This document shows, piece by piece, positions 18,000 through 26,700 of a stretch of 54,289 nt of DNA. A model generated the notes under the pieces. The model saw nothing but the letters and a program-made list of their open reading frames with translations, was not told the origin of the DNA and did not search any database. The stretch's first letter is position 1. Each line of letters opens with the position of its first letter. Origin of the DNA: a virus (Duplodnaviria; Caudoviricetes); IMG/VR virus record IMGVR_UViG_3300038317_000129, positions 1 to 54,289 of that record, one strand, 5' to 3'. Made by a program: the position numbers and the translations under genes.

Positions 18000-18929
18000 T
18001 TATAATTCGTCGATGTGGGCATCTATAATATCTTCCAATAGCCCCATATTCTTAAAATTCAAAACATAGTCCGAACACCTATGGATCTCTTTCAAATCTG
18101 CCTGCCTGCCAATCCAGCCAGCCCCATCCAGAAAGTTCACATAGATGATATTATTACCAGAAGCACGTTCTGATTTTATGACTTCCTCTGTTTTCCTTGC
18201 CGCTGTCTTTTTGCTACCCTGACTACTCGAAGTAGTTACGCTGTACGAAACGTCAAAGATAAGTTTCGGCTTATTTGGAGATTCTATGACGAAGCTGACG
18301 GCCCGGTCGAGTTTAGGCACGCGCACATTTTTCTGATACTCCAAGCCATATTTAGCACAGACACGTTTCAGTTCGTTTTCTACATCAGCAAGAACCGCAT
18401 CACCTATCATATTGCTGTATGTGCCTTCCAAGCTACGCTTCACAAGCTGGCGAACACTGTCTTCATCCTTTATTTTTGCGAGTGTATTGGCATCCATAGA
18501 CATATTTTCCAAATAGAATGCCGGGATGCAGGCCTGCATATTAGGATCGTTCTTCCCATTCCATATAAGGTTCAAGATACTTTCCATCATTACCGGGCTT
18601 TCCATCATTGCTGAACGGATCTTACTCAGCCCCCATTCTGTGCCGAAAACAAATCCACGGTCTTTCCGTATCATAGAAACCATGCGTTTGAACCTCTCCT
18701 CAGAAATCTCCATAACGGATGTAAGGCGATCCAACGCGTCCTTGTGATCGATAATATATTGTTTCAATGTTTCCTTGCTGGTAATCGTTTTCAATCCGAC
18801 GAGAATGTCCGCAGTCTGCGTATCGATCATATCCTTAATTGACTTCTCGCAGCCCTTATTGATATAAAACATCGTTGTCGAATTGAACAGTTCCTCGTAG
18901 GACAGCTTTTGTACATTGTTAACAGCCAT
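18000..18929 (-). CDS. DpnII/BanI-fold restriction endonuclease-like protein, probably with a degenerate active site
   Basis: SYSVTTSS and NFLDGAGWIGR motifs; RAVSFVI where D is expected. Confidence 0.65.
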   Translation of the reverse strand: MAVNNVQKLSYEELFNSTTMFYINKGCEKSIKDMIDTQTADILVGLKTITSKETLKQYIIDHKDALDRLTSVMEISEERFKRMVSMIRKDRGFVFGTEWGLSKIRSAMMESPVMMESILNLIWNGKNDPNMQACIPAFYLENMSMDANTLAKIKDEDSVRQLVKRSLEGTYSNMIGDAVLADVENELKRVCAKYGLEYQKNVRVPKLDRAVSFVIESPNKPKLIFDVSYSVTTSSSQGSKKTAARKTEEVIKSERASGNNIIYVNFLDGAGWIGRQADLKEIHRCSDYVLNFKNMGLLEDIIDAHIDEL

Positions 18930-18959
18930 TTCTGAACCCTCCATCGTTGTGATGTGTTA

Positions 18960-19013
18960 ATTATATCACGGCGAAGAGTGAAAGGCAATATACAAATTAC
19001 ACTTTTTTGCGTA
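18960..19013 (-). promoter_or_regulatory. SigA promoter of the four-gene operon with adjacent operator
   Basis: TTGCCT (18983-18988), 17 bp, TGnTATAAT (18960-18965); TACAC-TTTTTT-GCGTA at 18998-19013. Confidence 0.7.
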
Positions 19014-19074
19014 TTATCTAGCGTCCCATATTATCTGTTTTTTGTGCTTGTATATATCCCATCTTTTTTACGTA

Positions 19075-19090
19075 TACGCTTATAAGCGTA
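19075..19090. promoter_or_regulatory. Palindromic operator TACGC-N6-GCGTA (defence operon)
   Basis: TACGCTTATAAGCGTA, a perfect palindrome. Confidence 0.65.
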
Positions 19091-19128
19091 ACTATATCTC
19101 AAAAAAAATAAAACTTGAAACGTTTACA

Positions 19129-19620
19129 CTATGTTTCCTCATCCGTCGAATAAACATCCTCGGCAGATACAATCGTTTTTTCAAATATCGTTTCTTCTAT
19201 AACTTTTACACAACCATTTAAATCCTTTTTTATGTCTTTTCCCCAGAACCGTATTACAGTCCAATCAAGAGATGCTAATTCCTGATCAACCTTTTTGTCG
19301 CGTTCCATATTTTCTTCAATGTGACGGATCCAATAATCCGGATTCTTCCCGTGCGAAAGCCGTTCTTTCAGTTTATCCCAATCTTTTCCATGAAAGAACT
19401 CACTGTCACAAAAAATTGCTATCTTCTGTTTTGTTATCGCTATGTCTGGAGAACCCGGAAGTTTACTATAGTTCTTTCGATAGCGGTAACCATCGTGCCA
19501 TAAGCGCTTCCGAAGCAAGATTTCAATGCTGGTATCTTTGCTACGAATCTTCTGCATGTTCTTCCTGGTTTTTTCAGAAACCTTTCCGAACTGCCGCTCG
19601 ATTCTGCGCATAGACGACAC
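19129..19620 (-). CDS. vsr: Very short patch repair endonuclease
   Basis: NMQKIRSKDT..E, GSPDI, FCDSEFFHG, N..YW, WTVIRFW. Confidence 0.9.
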   Translation of the reverse strand: MSSMRRIERQFGKVSEKTRKNMQKIRSKDTSIEILLRKRLWHDGYRYRKNYSKLPGSPDIAITKQKIAIFCDSEFFHGKDWDKLKERLSHGKNPDYWIRHIEENMERDKKVDQELASLDWTVIRFWGKDIKKDLNGCVKVIEETIFEKTIVSAEDVYSTDEET

Positions 19621-19726
19621 CTCCTCGCCGAGCTTTCTTCATGTATTCATCCACACGGCTGTTATTAATTATTTACTGTTCTCCGCTATTATTTTAGTGG
19701 TTTATAATTCGCTTTTCTACATCATT

Positions 19727-19921
19727 TTATTCTATTGCACTCTTGCCGCTGTTGACCCACTCATCGAGCTCCGAGCACTTGAACTTCCAGAGCTTACCGA
19801 TCTGGTGCGCTGGCAAGTCCGGCTTTTTCTTTATCCATTTTCGCAGAGTGCCGGGTTTTATATTCAAGTATGTTGCAGCATCTTCAAGACTAATGTAACC
19901 ATCATCCAGTTTGTCTTTCAT
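19727..19921 (-). CDS. Excisionase-family (HTH_17/MerR-like) DNA-binding protein
   Basis: SLEDAATYL.I..GTLRKW...LPAHQIGKLWKFK.SELDEW. Confidence 0.85.
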   Translation of the reverse strand: MKDKLDDGYISLEDAATYLNIKPGTLRKWIKKKPDLPAHQIGKLWKFKCSELDEWVNSGKSAIE

Positions 19922-19994
19922 GCCCGCCTCCCAATCTCAGAAATCACACTAATTCTATTGTAACCCATTATAACACATCTGCGTCTGTTTTTTA

Positions 19995-20030
19995 GTCATT
20001 TCATGGCATTTGTTGGTATCAAGCGGCATT
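19995..20030. repeat. Four 10-bp-period hexamer repeats upstream of the HTH_17 gene
   Basis: GTCATT, GGCATT, GGTATC and GGCATT at 19995, 20005, 20015 and 20025. Confidence 0.5.
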
Positions 20031-20462
20031 TCATTCGACCCGTTCGGTTCCGAACCGATCCCTGATATAGCAGTCAAAGCAGCAGTACTTTCTGTTCCGA
20101 TTTCCATAGGCTGTGAACTTTTTCCCGCAGCATGCGCAGATAAACTCGTAGTTTGCTTTCCGGTTGATCTGGTTCCGGTTTTTGCTCCACCATTTCCTGC
20201 GGCACTTATCACAGCAGAATATTTTCTGTTTCCGCTTCGGATTCTGCTCGATCGGCGCTCCGCAGTTCCTGCAATGCGATAGTTTCACATCATTGTATGT
20301 GCCGGCCTGTGCTTCCTTCTTTGCTATTCCGGCAAAACCGTGCCGCCTGCAGTATGATTTTACAGTTTCGCGGTTAAGGCCGAGTTCCTTCGATATTTCT
20401 CCGTATCCGACGCCTTTTTTCCGCATTCTCTCTATTTTATCTTTCTGCGCTTCATTCATCAT
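20031..20462 (-). CDS. HTH plus zinc-finger protein typical of recombinase modules
   Basis: GYGEISKELGLNRETVKSYCRR; CRNCG, FCCDKC, CACCG, YCCFDC. Confidence 0.75.
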   Translation of the reverse strand: MMNEAQKDKIERMRKKGVGYGEISKELGLNRETVKSYCRRHGFAGIAKKEAQAGTYNDVKLSHCRNCGAPIEQNPKRKQKIFCCDKCRRKWWSKNRNQINRKANYEFICACCGKKFTAYGNRNRKYCCFDCYIRDRFGTERVE

Positions 20463-21882
20463 AAAATACCTCATTCCTTTTTCTGTCATATGTCGGGATT
20501 GGCTTTTCGCGTGTACTCCCATCGATTAAGCAGAACCGCAGCATCTTGTCCGGCAGTACGGTTATCTGCTTGATGGTAAGCGCCAGATCCTCTTCATCCG
20601 AAAGCATCCGGGATATATCCCGCTTCTTCAGTTTCTTAATCCACTCCCTTACGCCCGGAATCCTGTCTGCCGGAATGATGCCGACGAGAATATCCGTCAG
20701 CACATCTGCCAGCTTCCGCTCAAGCGCAATGTCCCTCGCCGTATCGTGAATCACATAATGGAGCGCCTTGTCCGCCACGTTATGCGTTTTGCACCGCGCT
20801 TCCTTTCTCCACCTGTTCCGGCACTGCCATATGATTTTCCGGTACTCATCGTTTGAATGCCACGGACGCGGTGTAAATGTTCCGCCACATTTCCCGCAGA
20901 TGAGCTTGCTGGAAAGCACAGTCACGCCGGAATACCGCTGATTGTTTTCAAAGCTGCGCTCCTTCATACGCTCCTGCACATAATCAAAAAGCCACGGGGA
21001 GATAATCGCCTCGTGGTCTTCTCTAACATAATACTGCGGCAGTTCGCCTTCGTTTTTCTTTACCTTCTTGGTCAGGTAATTGACTGTAAAGCTTTTTTGA
21101 AGTCTGCTGTCGCCCTTGTACTTTTCATTTGATAATATGCTGCGGACGGTGGAACTCCACCATTTCCCGTTTTCAGCGTTCGGCGTGTCAGCGCCTTCGT
21201 TCTGCATGATTCTGGCAATCTGCGGGGATGCGTAGCCCTGCAGGAAGAGGAAGAATATCCTCCGGACCTCATCAGCCTGTTCCTCGTTGACCACCATCGT
21301 GTATTTTTCATCGCCCTTGTCGTAGCCAAGGAAACGGCCGTAAGCAAGGCTCATCTTTCCATCGGCGAACCTCTTTCTCTGTCCCCATTTGACGTTCTCC
21401 GAAATCGACCGTGATTCCTCCTGGGCGAGGGAGGACATGATGGTCAGTAAAAATTCACCCTTGGAATCCAGAGTGAAAATGTTCTCTTTCTCAAAGTAAA
21501 CGCCGATTCCTTTTTCCTTCAGCTTGCGGATGATGGTGACCGTATCCACGGTGTTCCGTGCAAACCTCGATATGGACTTTGTCAGTACCAGATCGATGTC
21601 ACCGTTCAGGCAGGCGTCCACCATTCTGTTGAAGCCCTCGCGCCTGTTCGTGCTCAGTCCGGAAATCCCGTCGTCTACAAACACCTCCACGAACTCCCAT
21701 CCGGCATGCTGCAGTATTTTCTTTCTGTAATAATCAGTCTGCGCGGCGAGGCTCGATTCCTGATCTTCATGGTCGGTCGATACTCTTACGTAGGCCGCCA
21801 CGCGCTGTACTGCCTTTTCCGCTTCTTTCATCGTCGCCGGGCGCGGGACAGCATTGATACGTGTAACTACTCTATCTTTCAA
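20452..21882 (-). CDS. Large serine recombinase (integrase)
   Basis: YVRVST catalytic motif, KSISRFARN, LAQEESRSISEN, recombinase domain, Zn ribbon CGKCG. Confidence 0.93.
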   Translation of the reverse strand: MKDRVVTRINAVPRPATMKEAEKAVQRVAAYVRVSTDHEDQESSLAAQTDYYRKKILQHAGWEFVEVFVDDGISGLSTNRREGFNRMVDACLNGDIDLVLTKSISRFARNTVDTVTIIRKLKEKGIGVYFEKENIFTLDSKGEFLLTIMSSLAQEESRSISENVKWGQRKRFADGKMSLAYGRFLGYDKGDEKYTMVVNEEQADEVRRIFFLFLQGYASPQIARIMQNEGADTPNAENGKWWSSTVRSILSNEKYKGDSRLQKSFTVNYLTKKVKKNEGELPQYYVREDHEAIISPWLFDYVQERMKERSFENNQRYSGVTVLSSKLICGKCGGTFTPRPWHSNDEYRKIIWQCRNRWRKEARCKTHNVADKALHYVIHDTARDIALERKLADVLTDILVGIIPADRIPGVREWIKKLKKRDISRMLSDEEDLALTIKQITVLPDKMLRFCLIDGSTREKPIPTYDRKRNEVFYDE

Positions 21883-22069
21883 TTACATTCACCCCGTCTC
21901 CAATTTCCCCGTCCGCCACATCAACCTCAAGAAATGGTGGCTCGAAATGTTCCTGCAATTTCTTCAAAGCAAGCTGTGTCTCCCCGGAATCAATAACGCC
22001 ATCACGTTCCAGATTGGCAAGCAGCCATTTGCACACCCTGTATTCAACTTCTTTCGTTAGCAAGTTCAC
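21872..22069 (-). CDS. Small recombinase-associated protein (SHOCT-like)
   Basis: 65 aa; AAGGAG RBS; overlaps the recombinase start. Confidence 0.55.
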   Translation of the reverse strand: MNLLTKEVEYRVCKWLLANLERDGVIDSGETQLALKKLQEHFEPPFLEVDVADGEIGDGVNVIER

Positions 22070-22092
22070 TCACTCCTTTCATTTTCAGTATG

Positions 22093-22125
22093 ACATCTAT
22101 CACTCTGAATGCCCTGAAAGTCAAG
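22093..22125 (-). promoter_or_regulatory. Conserved 33-nt promoter motif upstream of the recombinase operon
   Basis: CTTGACTTTCAGGGCATTCAGAGTGATAGATGT; matches 46273..46305 and 47938..47970. Confidence 0.6.
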
Positions 22126-22333
22126 GAAACTGGCGATTCTAAAGGGATAACTTATTGTGAACACGCATAACGATTTATGCTTTGCACATCGTTACAGAAT
22201 AACCCTTCGTTAAGGAATTAAACGAAATCAAAGACACATCGTTCAACAGTTAAGAAAAACTGCCAGACTTGCACCACGCCTGGAAGATGCCGCTGAGCAG
22301 CAGAACTTGGACTTGAATCAGCAACTGGAAATG

Positions 22334-22371
22334 AAAAAAGCTCCTGCACACCGCATCGGTGGTCAGGAGCT
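22334..22371 (-). terminator. Intrinsic terminator just inside the element A boundary
   Basis: Minus strand AGCTCCTG-ACCACCGATGCGGTGTG-CAGGAGC-TTTTTT. Confidence 0.6.
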
Positions 22372-22422
22372 ACTGTTTTCATCATTTTTGATATTATGTA
22401 ACAAAAGAGCCGTCTGCGGAAA

Positions 22423-22833
22423 TCAGTCGGCTTGTATCATTTCGGTCACGGCTTCATCGATATAGATCATCTTGATTTTGCCAAGGTAGGTCTCCTGCAG
22501 GAGCTTCAGCACTTCCAAATTGTCGCCTTCAATATAAAGGTTTTCGGTTGTGTCGAAGTTGACGCTTTCCTCCCGGCAGGGGCGGAGCGTCTTATTGATC
22601 GGCGCGTTGGCAAGCAGGACGGACTTTTTCTTGTCCGGCCATGTGAACTGATAGCGCTCCTCGCGCCCCTCCACCACAAAGTCGGAAAGCTCCTGCTTGA
22701 GCATATCAAAATCCACCACCCGCGTGAGCTTGCCGTCCACCAGCGATTCGGTCACGCAGTTCGGGAAAAGCCGCGCGATTTTTTCAACGTTTTCGTCCAC
22801 TTTATTGATGCTGTGCATTTTCAGCTTGTCCAT
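22423..22833 (-). pseudogene. mod: Type III R-M methyltransferase (Mod), truncated at the DPPY motif
   Basis: ERYQFTWPDK, NLYIEGDNLEVLKLLQ, KIKMIYID then EAVTEMIQAD-stop instead of PPYNTG. Confidence 0.9.
22450..22465. other. Putative attachment junction (attL/attR) of element A
   Basis: Abrupt loss of mod homology after the Asp codon (22456-22458); recombinase about 570 bp away. Confidence 0.65.
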
Positions 22834-22847
22834 GGATCTGTTCCTCC

Positions 22848-23114
22848 TTATTCGTGGGTGTACCATGTTGAACATGGGCTTACGCTATATTCCGATACAC
22901 GGTAAAGCTGTTTCTCTCCGCTTTCAATACGCTGATAAGTGTCTTGCGTAGACTCAATATCGTAAGAATAAAAGATGTTTTCTGGGTCAACCGCTACTTT
23001 CAATCGACGAAGGACTCTGCCTACCGTGTCTCCATCTGTAGAAAAAACGCAATCTCCTTTTTCAAAACAGTCCTGTTTTGTTGTTAAAGTAAAAGCAAAG
23101 ATATCATCAGGCAT
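22848..23114 (-). CDS. Small hypothetical protein between DUF4391 and mod
   Basis: GGAGG RBS; start overlaps the DUF4391 stop; 88 aa. Confidence 0.55.
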   Translation of the reverse strand: MPDDIFAFTLTTKQDCFEKGDCVFSTDGDTVGRVLRRLKVAVDPENIFYSYDIESTQDTYQRIESGEKQLYRVSEYSVSPCSTWYTHE

Positions 23115-23733
23115 TTTCAATATCCTCCAGTTTTTTATTCAACTCTTGTAATTGCCGATACAGTTCAAATTTCTTTTTCGGCTGAACCTCGCTCTGCGTT
23201 CGTTTTTCCAGCTTCTCTATTTCTTTTTGCAGTTTCAGGATTCTTTCCTGCCGCTGTAAACGGGTATCAAAATCTTCACCCGGCAAAACTTCTGTTAAGC
23301 TGTCCCGCAACGCAATTTGCTCCAAAAAGCCCTGCCATACCGCGTCCAGCGTAAAGCCTTTCACTTGGAGCGTGATTTCGTCATCGGGCACCCATGCCGT
23401 GGTGTAGAGCTTCCCGTAATAAACCGCAAGCTGCGCTTTGTCCTCAAACCGCAGCAGAAACAGCAGCTTGTGCGGATTCTGCCGGGCAATGTTCTCTACG
23501 ATGCGCCCGTCAAACTGCTGCTTTTTCAATTCAACGGTCAGCACCAGTATCTCGTTAATTTCATCCCCTGCCTCCAGATTGAGCGTAGCGGCGGTCAGGG
23601 AGTTTGAGAGGGTGATGCGCTTGATGTCGGCAACAAATTTCTCCTTCAGGTCGCCGCTTAACGTCAGGTGTTGATAGAACGCCTCCTTTGGAAGCACACG
23701 TCCGACGGTCGTTGCGGAAGGCAGATGTATCAT
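23107..23733 (-). CDS. DUF4391 protein
   Basis: LP.AT.VGR.LPKEAFY N-terminus; EVQPKKKFELY C-terminal coiled coil; Type III R-M context. Confidence 0.85.
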   Translation of the reverse strand: MIHLPSATTVGRVLPKEAFYQHLTLSGDLKEKFVADIKRITLSNSLTAATLNLEAGDEINEILVLTVELKKQQFDGRIVENIARQNPHKLLFLLRFEDKAQLAVYYGKLYTTAWVPDDEITLQVKGFTLDAVWQGFLEQIALRDSLTEVLPGEDFDTRLQRQERILKLQKEIEKLEKRTQSEVQPKKKFELYRQLQELNKKLEDIENA

Positions 23734-26700
23734 TCGCTCATCACCACCAAAAAGCAGATCAGCTCAAAATCGTCCATCCCGCGGACATCACCGGAGAGAA
23801 AGGTCGTCTGTCCGCTGCCGAAAAAGCTGTCGATATCGCTTTCTTTTTTTACATCGATAATCGACGCGACCGCCTGCCGGAGCAGTTCGGAGATTCGCCG
23901 CATATCCTTGCCGTCCTTTGTTTCACGGTTGAAAACACGACAGGCGGACAGGTCCGGCTCTGTCTTGCCGCGGCAGAGGCGGCGCATCCGGTCGAGCGTG
24001 GCTTTCGGGTCGAGGTGGTTGCATATCACTTCGCCGTCGTCCCCGATATACACCATGTAAAACGGGTGCAGACGGTTCTGATTTTCAATATTGACGCCCG
24101 GGTTGATGTTTTTCAGCACGAATATCACGCCCGGTTTTTCCCCGCGCACCACGGCATTGATGCCGAACGGCGTGCGGTCAAGGCTGGGATGTTCTTTCAT
24201 ATAGGCCAGCAAATCCATGCGGAATTCGTTTAATCCCAAATCCATGATGGAAATGCCGGAGTTCATTTCCTCTAAATCCACTACTTCATTTTGCAGCTTT
24301 TCGAGCTGGGCGCGGCGGTAACGCAGGTCGCCGCTTTCGTCCTGATTGATATAGTCGTCGTCGCCCGTGGAGGTCATAACGGAAATGCGCATACGCGCCT
24401 CGACGCGCTCCTTGAGGTTAATATACTCGTCCAGCGATAAATCCGGCCAGAAGTTTACCAGCTGGATCACTGCGTTGCGGCTGCCGATACGGTCGATACG
24501 CCCGAAACGCTGAATGATGCGGACGGGATTCCAGTGAATGTCGTAGTTGATGCAGGTGTCGCAGTCCTGCAGATTCTGCCCTTCGGAAACGCAGTCGGTC
24601 GCAATGAGTATGTCGATAACGTTGTGGTCATTTGGCATAGTCAGCGATTTTTCTTTTGCGATCGGAGAAAAACAGGTCAAAACGGAATTGATGTCGCACG
24701 GGAAGTGCGGGATGGTCGTTCTGCCGTCCACACCGCCCGTGACAAGCGCCGTGTTCAATCCATACTTGTCCTTGATCACCTTGGAAAGATGTTCATACAA
24801 ATACTCCGCCGTATCCGCAAACGCGGTAAAAATCAGCACCTTCTTGTTGCCCTCGTTGATGGGATGCTCGATTTTGTCACAGACGACGCGAATAAGCTGG
24901 TTCAGCTTATAGTCGTACTGCGGCGTGATATCCTCAATCATCAAAATCAACAGTTGCAGCACCTCAAGATCGGACTGCAAATCACGCCGCCATGAAACAT
25001 AATCCATGTCGCGCAGGTCGATTTTGAATTTTTTGCCCACGCTGAACAGTTCGGTGTTTTGGTCGTCCAAATCAAAATCATCAGCCCCCGCGACATTTTG
25101 CACGGATATAGATGCACCCGGCTGGAATGCGTCAATCTGCTGCACCGTATCATAATAGGCATTATAAATGCGGGTGACGGTGAGCTTGAAGGAATGGACG
25201 GAGCTTTCCATTCGCTTAAGCAGGTTTATGTTCATCAGACGCTGAATACCGCGCTCACGTCCGCTCTGGGAAATGGTCTGGGCGTGTTTGGAGTCCGGGT
25301 CTATGTACTTGCTTATTTTGCTTGCAAGGATATATTTTGACGGCGTGTAAATGGAGAGATTCAGCTCCATCAACTGCGCATAAATTTCCTGATAATTGAT
25401 GGCATTCGGCTTGTCTGTCAGCTTTGGATAAAGTGAAATCGGTTTGTTCCGCTTCGGGAAGCTGCCTATTTCCGTTGTGTCATAATAACGCTGAATATGT
25501 TTGCGGGAGCGGGCAATCGTCACACTGTCCAGCACCTCGAAAAAGTCAAAATCGAGCCGCTTTAAGAGTGCGTCGGTCGTGCGCTCTTCCGGCTCCAGCT
25601 TTGTCCATGTGTTATAGACCTTTTGTGCCTGACGGAAGACGGAGTCGATATCGGTTTTCGTGTTCAGCTTGTCGTTGATCACATCGCTGTGACCTTCATA
25701 TGCCAGCGCAAGCTGATTGCGCAGGTCATAAAAGCGATTATTGACCGGCGTCGCGGAGAGCATCAACACCTTTGTCTTGACACCGGTGCGGATTACGCGG
25801 TTCATCAGCCTTGTGTAGCGGTTTTCTTTTTCGTTGTCTTCGCCCGTGGCGGCGCCGCCATTACGGAAGTTATGACTTTCATCGATAACCACCAGGTCGT
25901 AGTTCCCCCAGTTGATACGGTCAATTGGCAGTCCCATGACGGTGTCGCCGCGATCGCGGGAGAGGTCGGTATGATACAAAATATCATACCGCAGACGATC
26001 CTTCGCCAAAGGATTGTTGATTAGATTGCCGCGATAAGTCATCCAGTTATCCTTCAGCTTTTTCGGGCAGAGGACAAGGACGCTTTTGTTGCGGCCCTCA
26101 TAATACTTAATCACTGCCAGTGCGGTAAAGGTTTTGCCAAGACCGACACTGTCGGCAAGAATACAGCCGTTGTACTGCTCCAGCTTATTGATGATGGCAA
26201 GGGCGGCGTCCTTCTGAAAGTTATAGAGCTTATTCCAGATAAGGCTCTCCTTAAAGCCGGTCGCTTCATTCGGCAGAACGTCCTCAGTGATGTCCTCAAG
26301 AAACTCATTGAAAATATTGTACAACGTCATAAAGTAAATAAGCTCCGGCGCGTTTTCCTGATAGACGGCGGATATGCTGTCAACAACAAACTGCGTGACC
26401 TCCTGAAGCCGAGCTTCATCTTTCCACACAGCGTCGAAAAGTTCAATAAATGCGGAGCTTGCCGGAAACTCCATGCGGCTGACTATATTGCTGATATTAT
26501 TGCCGCGTTCGCAGCCCAAGTCAACGGTGGTAAAATTGTTGACCGGCATATATGTGTATCGATCGGCGGCGGATTCCACGTTGATAAAGTTGTTCATTCC
26601 ATCTCGGGTAATGTTTGATTTGAAGGTGGCTTTTTTCTGAATCCATGCCGCACATTCTCTTGCGATTGCTTTTTGCGTCAGCTCATTTCGGAGTTTAATT

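Larger units (their letters stand above)
1..22455 (-). mobile_element. Prophage-like element A (left end outside window), integrated in a Type III mod gene
   Basis: Serine recombinase near the right end; co-oriented regulator, replication, late activator and HNH genes; the boundary coincides with truncation of mod at the DPPY motif. Confidence 0.8.

Noticed and set aside
12320-19620. Calling this locus DISARM, Hma, BREX or a simple DpnII system
   Set aside because: No DUF1998, PLD, PglZ or McrB-like ATPase is evident, and the partner MTase is C5 rather than a GATC adenine methyltransferase.
20031-20462. A true sigma factor next to the recombinase
   Set aside because: Only an HTH and Cys clusters are present, with no region 2; treated as a DNA-binding accessory protein.
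22230-22340. Possible HicB-like C-terminal remnant (TVKKNC / LEDAAEQQNLDLNQQL in different frames)
   Set aside because: Short, frameshifted, with no start codon or partner gene; the similarity could be chance.
22423-22833. mod truncation as phase variation by simple repeats or local inversion
   Set aside because: There is no repeat tract at the break and I found no inverted 3' mod half in the window; integration explains it better, pending the left flank.
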